The notes under the pieces: model-generated
The model's database searches: none
What the model saw: only the letters and a program-made list of their open reading frames with translations
What the model was told of the DNA's origin: nothing
Source: a virus
Taxonomy: Duplodnaviria; Caudoviricetes
IMG/VR virus record: IMGVR_UViG_3300017778_001280
Span: 1-45,266 of that record
Length of the DNA stretch: 45,266 bases
Reading direction: 5' to 3' (one strand)
Shown: positions 16,833-24,400 of the stretch, one piece after another
Layout: each line of letters opens with the position of its first letter
Position numbering within the stretch: the first letter of the stretch is position 1
Program-made: the position numbers and the translations under genes

Positions 16833-16913
16833 GTTGGTGGGCACATAAAGCAGTGTTTGTGTAAAAACCAAACCAAGAAAACCACAAGCGGCGCTAACCC
16901 GCTTGCCACCAAC
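16833..16913 (-). ncRNA. Structured RNA motif, copy B
   Basis: GUUGGUGG/CCACCAAC closing stem; CAAGCGG-GUUAGCG-CCGCUUG; AAACACUGCUUUAUGUG. Confidence 0.55.
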
Positions 16914-16998
16914 ACGACTGAGGACTGAAGCCAGCGGCATCTGGAGATTGCATAGGCTGAAACTCTGCAACCTTTATTCGACAATCCTCATGCGTGTT
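16911..16998 (-). ncRNA. Putative three-way-junction RNA
   Basis: AACACG-CA-UGAGGAUUG / CAGUCCUCA-GU-CGUGUU closing stem with two inner hairpins. Confidence 0.45.
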
Positions 16999-17020
16999 AG
17001 CTCTACCACTGTTAGAGATG

Positions 17021-17050
17021 AAAAAACTCCCGAGTGATTAGCCCGGGAGT
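17021..17050 (-). terminator. Rho-independent terminator
   Basis: ACUCCCGGG-CUAAUCA-CUCGGGAGU followed by a U-run. Confidence 0.8.
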
Positions 17051-17090
17051 AAAGGACAACCCAACAAAGGAGAGTGGCAAATGCTTGCCG
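17021..17090 (-). ncRNA. Putative sRNA of about 70 nt with anti-Shine-Dalgarno segment
   Basis: Upstream TTGCAC-N16-TAGAAT (17124-17097), 5' hairpin GGCAAGCAUUUGCC, CUCUCCUUUG, terminator. Confidence 0.45.
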
Positions 17091-17104
17091 GAATTTATTC
17101 TACA

Positions 17105-17566
17105 TCAATCTCCGTAAAGTGCAATGAACGCCGCATCTGCATACGCTTGACCCACGCCTTTTTTATCTAGCTCACGCCAGTAAGGCCACATCTGTATGGC
17201 CAACGTCCTTGATGCGTCTTTGTCTTTACCCACTAACCCCGCGCGCTTCTTCCATGATTGGGGCGTAACCATCACTACAGAAATCTCAAACGCACCCAGT
17301 ACACCTTGGATCACACCAGCAGAATGGCCAAACGAGAACATCGAGGCCACGCCTTGGCCGGGCATACTACCCACCAGCTCGACATACGCCCTGATGTCAT
17401 CATCACCATACATGCGCGCTTTAATAATTCTTGCAAGCGCTGCCGCATTAACTCTGTTAGACGCGCCAATCTTCATTGTCGGCATCTTGTGCCACTCGAC
17501 AGGAGACTCATCACGCGCAAAAACTATGGCGCCAGATAGTCCCGGGTCTATTCCAATTTTGAGCAT
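17105..17566 (-). CDS. RuvC-like Holliday junction resolvase
   Basis: IGIDPGLSGA, YVELV, SMFSFG, VTPQSWKK, YADAAFIA. Confidence 0.88.
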   Translation of the reverse strand: MLKIGIDPGLSGAIVFARDESPVEWHKMPTMKIGASNRVNAAALARIIKARMYGDDDIRAYVELVGSMPGQGVASMFSFGHSAGVIQGVLGAFEISVVMVTPQSWKKRAGLVGKDKDASRTLAIQMWPYWRELDKKGVGQAYADAAFIALYGD

Positions 17567-17589
17567 ACGAACTTTCTTTAAAATAAATC

Positions 17590-17619
17590 TTGCAAGACAT
17601 GAAATACTATGGGTATAAT
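17590..17619 (+). promoter_or_regulatory. sigma70-like promoter for the recombination operon
   Basis: TTGCAA-N18-TATAAT, preceded by an A-tract. Confidence 0.7.
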
Positions 17620-17646
17620 GTGTTGCCGATTATACAGGAGCAAATT

Positions 17647-18525
17647 GTGATCATCACAAACAAATACAACTTACCACAGACCTTCGTGAACATCATGAAG
17701 CGCCCTACCTACTCAAAGGGTAAGGCAAACATCTCTGCCACAGAGCTGATTAACTCACCACGCATCGTACAGTTACGCAAACTGCATGAGGACAAAATCG
17801 AGACAGACGTTACCGAAATGGTCTGGTCTATCTTTGGTACAGCCATCCACGGCGTACTCGAGCATGGGAAAGACGAGAACCACCTGATCGAAGAACGCCT
17901 CCACGCAAAGATTGATGGATGGTCTATCTCTGGTGCGATTGACCTGCAGATCATCAACGCAGACGGCACAGTCACAATCAACGACTACAAAACCACAGGC
18001 GCTTGGTCTGTTATGAATGAAAAGGTTGACTGGGAGTACCAGCTTAACATCTACGCATGGTTGGTTGAGTACGTCAAGAAGGTTGAGGTTTCTAAGCTTG
18101 AGATCGTAGCCATCATTCGCGATTGGTCACGCAGAGATGCAGCCCTCAAGCCCGGCTACCCAGAAGCCCCCATCAAAGTGATCTCAGTGCCGTTATGGTC
18201 AATGGAACGGCGCGAAGCCTTCATTCTGGGAAAGATTAAAGAACACTCCAACGCATTGTTTGACTTGGAGACAGGAGATGAACTGCCATTTTGTACGCCC
18301 GACCAGATGTGGGAGAAGCCTACAACATACGCAGTGAAAAAGATTGGTAATGTCAAAGCACGTAATGTTTGCAATACCGATGAGGAAGCTCAAGCCAAGG
18401 TGGCTGAGTATGGGAAAGAGTACGAGATAGAGGTTCGTCAGGGTGAAAGGACGCGATGCGCGAACTTCTGCTCTGTCAGTGGCTTCTGTAACCAGTACAA
18501 AGACTATTTATCAACAAAGGAGTAA
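17647..18525 (+). CDS. PD-(D/E)XK exonuclease, Cas4-like with C-terminal Cys cluster
   Basis: GTAIH, SGAIDL, NDYKT, QLNIY, C...RCANFCSVSGFC; start GTG 17647 after CAGGAG. Confidence 0.85.
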   Translation: MIITNKYNLPQTFVNIMKRPTYSKGKANISATELINSPRIVQLRKLHEDKIETDVTEMVWSIFGTAIHGVLEHGKDENHLIEERLHAKIDGWSISGAIDLQIINADGTVTINDYKTTGAWSVMNEKVDWEYQLNIYAWLVEYVKKVEVSKLEIVAIIRDWSRRDAALKPGYPEAPIKVISVPLWSMERREAFILGKIKEHSNALFDLETGDELPFCTPDQMWEKPTTYAVKKIGNVKARNVCNTDEEAQAKVAEYGKEYEIEVRQGERTRCANFCSVSGFCNQYKDYLSTKE

Positions 18526-18528
18526 GTC

Positions 18529-18816
18529 ATGTTTATATCAACCGAAGAAAAATTGAAGATTGCCAGCGAACTAAGCCTCGCTACAAGCCAAATCACAGCA
18601 CTGATCACTGTTGTTGCAACGCTAGAGAAAAAGGTTGCACAGCTTGAAGCTTTGCGAGTCAAGGTTAAGAAGACCAAGAAGGTTTTGACGCCCGAGCAGA
18701 AAACCAGACAGCGCGAGTACCAGAGAATGTACAAAGCGCGCAAGAAGGAAGAAGAGAAAGCTTGGGCATTGGCGCAACAATTAGCAATAGAAGGAACACC
18801 TAATGTCAGTGCATAA
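18529..18816 (+). CDS. Basic coiled-coil hypothetical protein
   Basis: 95 aa, AAGGAG RBS. Confidence 0.7.
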   Translation: MFISTEEKLKIASELSLATSQITALITVVATLEKKVAQLEALRVKVKKTKKVLTPEQKTRQREYQRMYKARKKEEEKAWALAQQLAIEGTPNVSA

Positions 18817-19522
18817 GAAACTCATGGCCGCCCGAGTCATGCTTCAGTCTGTAGAGATGAAGAAGTCAGGCAAGAATGCCTACCAAGGTTATTCTTACTT
18901 TGAGTTGGGGGACTTCATCCCCCACATTCAGACCATCTTTCATGAGGTTGGTTTGTGTGGGGTAGTCTCCTTTAACACTGAGTATGCCCAGCTCTGCATC
19001 ACCGATGTAGATGACGGCACAGTCATTGTGATCAGTAGCCCAATGGCCGAGGCATCTCTTAAAGGTGCCCAGCCTATCCAGCTCATGGGTAGCATACAGA
19101 CTTATCAACGCCGTTACCTCTGGATGGCAGCCATGGAGCTCACGGAGCATGATTCCATTGATTCTGCACCACCCGTAGAGGCCGTTAAGGAAGCGCCAAA
19201 GCCCACGCCGAAGCCAAGCCCTGTCCCAGAGCTGAAAGCGCCTACAAAGCCCGTTAAAGGCAAAGTAGACCCCATTCCACCACAGTATGTTGAGACAAAG
19301 CCTGAGTGGACCATGATCATTGATGCGCCCGATGATGAGGCATGGGTTGACATGATGGTTGAAGTGAACAATCTAAAGATCAGCATGGCCACCGATGCCG
19401 ATCAGCTTAAACAGATGTTCCAAGTGAACAAGCCTTTGTACGACAAGCTCAAAGCCTTGAACCCATCTGTCTATGCTGACGTCATTGACAACTTTACAAA
19501 AGCAAAACGATCATTTTTTTAA
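18803..19522 (+). CDS. erf: ERF-family single-strand annealing protein
   Basis: KSGKNAYQGYSYFELGDF, QLMGSIQTYQRRYLW motif; next to an exonuclease. Confidence 0.85.
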   Translation: MSVHKKLMAARVMLQSVEMKKSGKNAYQGYSYFELGDFIPHIQTIFHEVGLCGVVSFNTEYAQLCITDVDDGTVIVISSPMAEASLKGAQPIQLMGSIQTYQRRYLWMAAMELTEHDSIDSAPPVEAVKEAPKPTPKPSPVPELKAPTKPVKGKVDPIPPQYVETKPEWTMIIDAPDDEAWVDMMVEVNNLKISMATDADQLKQMFQVNKPLYDKLKALNPSVYADVIDNFTKAKRSFF

Positions 19523-19528
19523 GGAGTA

Positions 19529-19792
19529 ATGATGGACTATCCAAATCGCGGTACTTTGTGGAGCAACAAGTACAAAAAGAAAGACATGCAGCCGGACATG
19601 GTTGGTGACATCAAGATTGAGTTGGCCTTGATGAAGGAGCTCATGGCCAGTGCAGAGTCAGATCACGTTGTGATCAAGCTTGACGCATGGCTTTCCAAGG
19701 ACAAAGACGGCAATCGTAAGGTTGGCTTGAAGGTTAACACTTACAAGAAGCCAGAAGAGTCTGCACCCGGAAAGGATCCATGGGATGACTAA
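19529..19792 (+). CDS. Small putative ssDNA-binding protein
   Basis: NRGTLWSN...PDMVGDI...LDAW pattern with acidic-aromatic tail DPWDD; follows ERF. Confidence 0.6.
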   Translation: MMDYPNRGTLWSNKYKKKDMQPDMVGDIKIELALMKELMASAESDHVVIKLDAWLSKDKDGNRKVGLKVNTYKKPEESAPGKDPWDD

Positions 19793-19994
19793 GCCTAAAA
19801 CAATTAAGCAGTGGGAGAAAGTCTGCAATGTTCTTGATGATGCCTTGCAGGCGTCAATTAAAGACGAAGCCAAGCTTGAGGCAAAGATTGACAATCTTGA
19901 AGAACAGATCGGCAAGCTTGAAGAACAGTTGACCATGTCTGTTGGCGTGATCAAGTACTTGGAGTTAAAAATTGGCCGATCCAATTCAATTTGA
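19785..19994 (+). CDS. Coiled-coil hypothetical protein
   Basis: 69 aa, heptad pattern. Confidence 0.7.
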   Translation: MTKPKTIKQWEKVCNVLDDALQASIKDEAKLEAKIDNLEEQIGKLEEQLTMSVGVIKYLELKIGRSNSI

Positions 19995-20394
19995 AGCAAT
20001 CAAGACAGGCCTAAAGCAATCCAAGGACGGCTACATGCTGTCTTTGGCTGTTCACCCTGACGAACTTCACAACGACCTTATGCGCGACTTTGTAGGCTCG
20101 CGCTACGTTGTTGTCATGGTGCGTCTGGGTGATGACGAACAACCGATGAACCGAGAGAACGAATTCCCGGGCGATCATGCGGTGAAGCTGGCCGGCATTA
20201 TGTGCCGTGACCCAGAGTTTTGGGAGTGGCTGCACCAGAAAGAGTGGCTAATGGAAAAGAATGAGAAGGCTTGTGCCCAGTGGATTTCATCCTACTTGGA
20301 CATAGAGTCTCGCAAAGAGCTTAAGACCAACGAAGAAGCCCGCCATTTATTCAATCAATTGCGAACCAGCTTCGAAGCTTGGAGGAAAGCATGA
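19972..20394 (+). CDS. Conserved phage hypothetical protein (AGIMCRDPEFWEWL...IESRKEL)
   Basis: 140 aa, TTG start with GGAG RBS. Confidence 0.75.
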   Translation: MADPIQFEAIKTGLKQSKDGYMLSLAVHPDELHNDLMRDFVGSRYVVVMVRLGDDEQPMNRENEFPGDHAVKLAGIMCRDPEFWEWLHQKEWLMEKNEKACAQWISSYLDIESRKELKTNEEARHLFNQLRTSFEAWRKA

Positions 20395-20663
20395 AGAAAC
20401 TAATCCCTTACAGCGTCTACTTACCAGTGGAGTATCACGACAAGATCAAAGAGCTTGCCAAACAACGTAAAGCATCTAGCATGGTGCGGGACGCCATTTG
20501 CATGATCGTTGATGGTGACGATACCTTCAAGTCTGGGTATAACAAGGCGCTCAAAGACTGTATCAAAGAGATAGATGCCTGCAAAGAGATCGAGCACATT
20601 GCCGTTCGCGGTAAGTACTTGGCCGATGTGTTGGCTGATCAAATCAAAGAACTGGAGATGTGA
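20391..20663 (+). CDS. Ribbon-helix-helix-like DNA-binding protein
   Basis: YSVYLPVEYHDKIKELAKQRKASSMVRDAI; GGAGG RBS. Confidence 0.65.
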   Translation: MKKLIPYSVYLPVEYHDKIKELAKQRKASSMVRDAICMIVDGDDTFKSGYNKALKDCIKEIDACKEIEHIAVRGKYLADVLADQIKELEM

Positions 20664-20893
20664 TGGACACTAACGATGACGAAATCAAATACACCAGCAA
20701 GTTGGCCGATGACATCCTTGCTGTTGTTATGAACGCTGAAAACGTTCCGCCAGAAGCCGCTATCTCAGCTTTATCCCATGTGGCAAGCTTGATCGCCCTT
20801 GAACTAAAGATGCCAGAGCAAGTGTTTGCATACTGCATGACGCATTCTTTTCGCGCCGTCTTAGAAGCGGAACAAGATAAAGAGGTTCACTGA
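20660..20893 (+). CDS. Hypothetical protein
   Basis: 77 aa, coupled. Confidence 0.7.
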   Translation: MMDTNDDEIKYTSKLADDILAVVMNAENVPPEAAISALSHVASLIALELKMPEQVFAYCMTHSFRAVLEAEQDKEVH

Positions 20894-21102
20894 TGGAGCA
20901 TGACACCAATCTGCGTGATCTGGCGTCTATGTTTGCTTTGGCTGGGCTCATCCTCCGTAACAGGGAGGGTGAGAACCTAGCCGAAGCAGCTCATGACATA
21001 GCCGATCAATGGATGAAAGCGCGCGATAAAGAACCCGAAGAAGGACTGGCTGCAATCAAAAAGGAAAAGCGCAATGTCAGAAAACATGAGGATATACGGT
21101 AA
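20893..21102 (+). CDS. Hypothetical protein (LRDLASMFA...IADQWMKAR), distantly similar to 15793..16020
   Basis: 69 aa, GAGG RBS. Confidence 0.7.
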   Translation: MEHDTNLRDLASMFALAGLILRNREGENLAEAAHDIADQWMKARDKEPEEGLAAIKKEKRNVRKHEDIR

Positions 21103-21277
21103 GCGATACTGCGCTACGTGTGAGCACCTTAAATCATTAGACAACGGCAAAGTTGTAGACCGCAACAGTAATCGCTGGGTCTGCTTTGATTGCAAACCAG
21201 AGAAGAAAAATGTATCGCAACGAAAAAATGCTAAAAGCCGCGAGGCTCCTACCGTGCCAACACTGCGGAGTGAGTGA
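21074..21277 (+). CDS. Small Zn-ribbon protein (CATC...WVCFDC)
   Basis: Two CxxC, AAGGA RBS; overlaps the next gene. Confidence 0.6.
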   Translation: MSENMRIYGKRYCATCEHLKSLDNGKVVDRNSNRWVCFDCKPEKKNVSQRKNAKSREAPTVPTLRSE

Positions 21278-21497
21278 TGGAACAGTGGTAGCTGCCCACA
21301 GTAATCAACTGCGGGACGGCAAAGGCCGTGGGCTCAAAGCTCACGACTACCGTATAGCGTCATTATGTTTTAGGTGCCACAGCGACTTAGACCAAGGCTC
21401 TAAGATGGATAAAGCCCAGAGGATTGAGATGTGGGAGGAAGCACATCGCAAAACTCTGGGTTTATTCTTTGAGCAAGGGATTATTGGACCTTACTAA
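21210..21497 (+). CDS. DUF968/DUF1364-like Zn-binding HNH-type nuclease
   Basis: LPCQHCG...VAAHSN...GKGRGLKAHD...LCFRCHSDLD. Confidence 0.8.
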   Translation: MYRNEKMLKAARLLPCQHCGVSDGTVVAAHSNQLRDGKGRGLKAHDYRIASLCFRCHSDLDQGSKMDKAQRIEMWEEAHRKTLGLFFEQGIIGPY

Positions 21498-24400
21498 CTT
21501 GTTTGTTAAACGCATCCATCTTCTCTTTGATGGCTTCATCTTTGCGTTTAATCTGGGCCTCGGGGGCATCGCGCTCCTTCAAGGCCTTTTTCTCTTTCTT
21601 GAGGCGAGCAATCTCATTCTCAACGTAGTTAGCGCGCCGCCACAGTCTGGCTTCAGGTGACTCTTTGTAGTAAGCCTCTACGCCCTTACCCTTCATGTCT
21701 TTAATGATCCGTTCGTGGTTGGACATTACCTTGATGTTCTCGTAGAACACGCCTGCGATAGCTGCCGGCGTTTTGATGTCGCCATAGAGCTTGCCTGCTA
21801 CTGGTATTTGGTAAGTCTCTACCTTTTCACCAGTGAATTGACTCTTAACGAACTCGCCTGTCTGAATGACAAGCTTACCCACACCACCAGCATACTGGCC
21901 AGCCACATAACTGATCTGATCTGCCGTAGGACTAACCAAACCTATGCCCTTGTCGCCACCACCAGTGATGAAGTTCAGCGCGTAAGCCAAGCCTTGGGAC
22001 ACAAAGTTTGCAGTCTCACGGCTACGCTCATATCCGGGCGAAGGAGCAAGAGCTTTGTCTTCTCTTGAGATAGGACGTCCGAAGGCATCCCTGTTCTCAG
22101 CAATCGCAACGAATGGGTCAACAATGGTTGGTGCCAGTGTCTGAGCAAACGTGCTAGTTCCCAGCGGGTTAACAGAACCAAGTATTGCATTAAAGATGTT
22201 TGTGATGGTTGTCTGAAGGTCGCGTCTACCATTCATTGCGCCAGCTTGAACCATCATGTACTCGGCGATCAGTCTACCAACGTTAGGGAAGACGTTAAAT
22301 CCAAGCGGCATTGGGATGGTCAAGTACTTACCATCGCCTACTGGGATGATCAAGTTCTTGGACTTCACCCACTCAGGAGGCTCATCTGCACCGAGGCCAG
22401 CCATCGCCAAAATAGCGGTCTGCATGACGCCAAGGAACATACCGCCGGCAATGATCTTCTTACCGAGGGAGCTTAACTTGATCTTGCCAGTCTTGTCCTT
22501 TGTGAACAGTGTTTCAACCAAACGCTTTGTACCTTGAATAGCGGCGTTAAAGAACGCATACAAGGCGGCAATCGTCTGAGTGCTTGCACCCTTACGGTTA
22601 AAGTTAACAGTGATGTTCTTAGCTAAACTTGCTGCCTGATCCTCAGACATCTCTTTGTCCAACGCAGCTTTGAACGAAGCCAAACGGACAGCATTCTCTA
22701 GTGCATCGTTATAGTCAGACAGCCAATCAAAGACAGCATAGGCGGCTTGTTTAACGTTGCTACGGCTCAGACGTCCCAGCTCACGGGCAACAATCGTATC
22801 TTTACCCTGACCACGGCTAAACTGCTCGCGGAATCCAGTCTGGCCACCAGCTTTTTGGAACCTCTCAAACAGATCCATCCACTTCTGCATCTCTGGATTT
22901 GTGGCTGGCTTACCGCGCAGGACGCGATAGATAGCTCTAACAGCAGTCATAGAGTCAGCAATGACCTGACCCTTTTTATCTGCAAGAGGCGTACTAGAAA
23001 GGTTGATGGCCGCACCCTGTAAGTCGCGTGTAAAGTTCCACGCACCAAACACAGGGTTGTACTGGGTATTCACAGCCGCCATAAAGCGGGTGATCTCAGC
23101 AACGCTACCAAGTACTTCGTCTAGGTCATTGATGCCAATGTTCTTTAAGGTTTCCACCATGCGCTTGGCGCTTGGGTTGCCCGGGTTAAAGAACACATAG
23201 CGGTCTTCACCATTAATACGCAACGCCAATACGTTAGGCGAGTTACGCATGTTTGGATTGATTTCGTACTTGACAAGCCCAGTCTTCTTATCAATCGCAC
23301 CGGTCTTTGGCTCTTGGAAGATGTTGTTTGCGTCATTGGGGTTCATTCCCAAGGCAACAATCTCATCAATCAACTTGGCCTTGTTCTTAATGGCGTCAGG
23401 GTTGATTGGCTTCCAGAAGTTTGGATTAGGATTCTGAATGGCCAGTGCATACAGCGCCCGTCCAACGCGCACCTTTTCTGCACGGACGATGGCACGTTCG
23501 CGCGCAAGTGCCAAGCTTCCGATGATGTCGCTGACACTCTTGAGCGAACCTACTGCGGCTTTAGTAAATGAACCCTTTACAGCAAAGCCTTGACCCATGC
23601 CACTGCTTGCATTGATAAAATCAAGCTCGTCAGGCTCACGGTTTAAAGGCACATAGAACGGAAGGCTCTCGCGCCAAGTATCAATCGTGCTTTGCTTTTC
23701 CAAGCCGGAGGACACTAACAGCTCTTGAGTGCCAGTAACGATCTCATCAATCTTCTTAGCAAGCTGTTCGTAACTCTTCTTCAGCTCTGGAGTTTTGTCC
23801 AAAGCATCCATGTAGGCATCTACTTCGTCATCAAACAATCCAGAACCTGCAGGATTGGTTGGGTCACGTTTAAGAATAAATGCGTTACGGGCTTTTGCAT
23901 GTCTAGCGTGAAGGTACTTGTTGAACTCCTCAAGCGTTACCCCGCGCTTATCCATGTCCTGAAGCAAAGGACGCAAGTCATTCTTCAGAAAGTCTGTAGT
24001 CTGCTTGGCCGTTCTGCCATGGAATAACTCTTCTTTCAGGTAGGGATTCCAATTATCCTCAATACGGCCAGACTCATTATTGATGGCTTCAATCACACGT
24101 TTGGTGTCGATGTGCTTATCAATGAACTTGTAAACAAGTGTGTCTGTTAACTTTAGATCGTCAGCAGCTTCCCACGTAGACAATGCACCGGGCCCACCTT
24201 TGAAGTTTCTGGAGTACAAAGCTTCGCTTGTGGCGTCTGCCATCTCACCAGAGAACGTTTCAGCATTTTGGAGTAACGCCAAGATGTCGTTGTCAGAGAA
24301 CTGCAGAGTAAATCCAGAGCTTCTTAACCAACCGCGCACGGCTTTGATGACGCGCTGGATGATGCTGTTTTGCATTCCGCGCTCTGCCATCATGGCCACG

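Noticed and set aside
16571-16913. Twister, pistol or hammerhead ribozyme identity for the two-copy motif (AACACUGC and GGUUAG resemble fragments)
   Set aside because: The remaining conserved cores and pseudoknot partners of those ribozymes were not found by eye; left unassigned
16571-16913. CRISPR-like mini-array
   Set aside because: Only two units, far apart, with divergent stems; the nearby Cas4-like nuclease sits with ERF as a normal phage recombination pair and no cas1/cas2 is present
16911-16998. tRNA gene
   Set aside because: No TTC T-loop, D-loop or four-arm cloverleaf
17081-17170. Plus-strand micro-ORF after AAAGGAGAG (MLAGIYSTS...)
   Set aside because: Runs antisense into the RuvC-like gene and has no evident plus-strand promoter; the minus-strand sRNA reading fits better, though this is not excluded
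17614-17634. Face-to-face TATAAT on the minus strand as the ruvC-like promoter
   Set aside because: No acceptable -35 or extended -10 at the proper spacing
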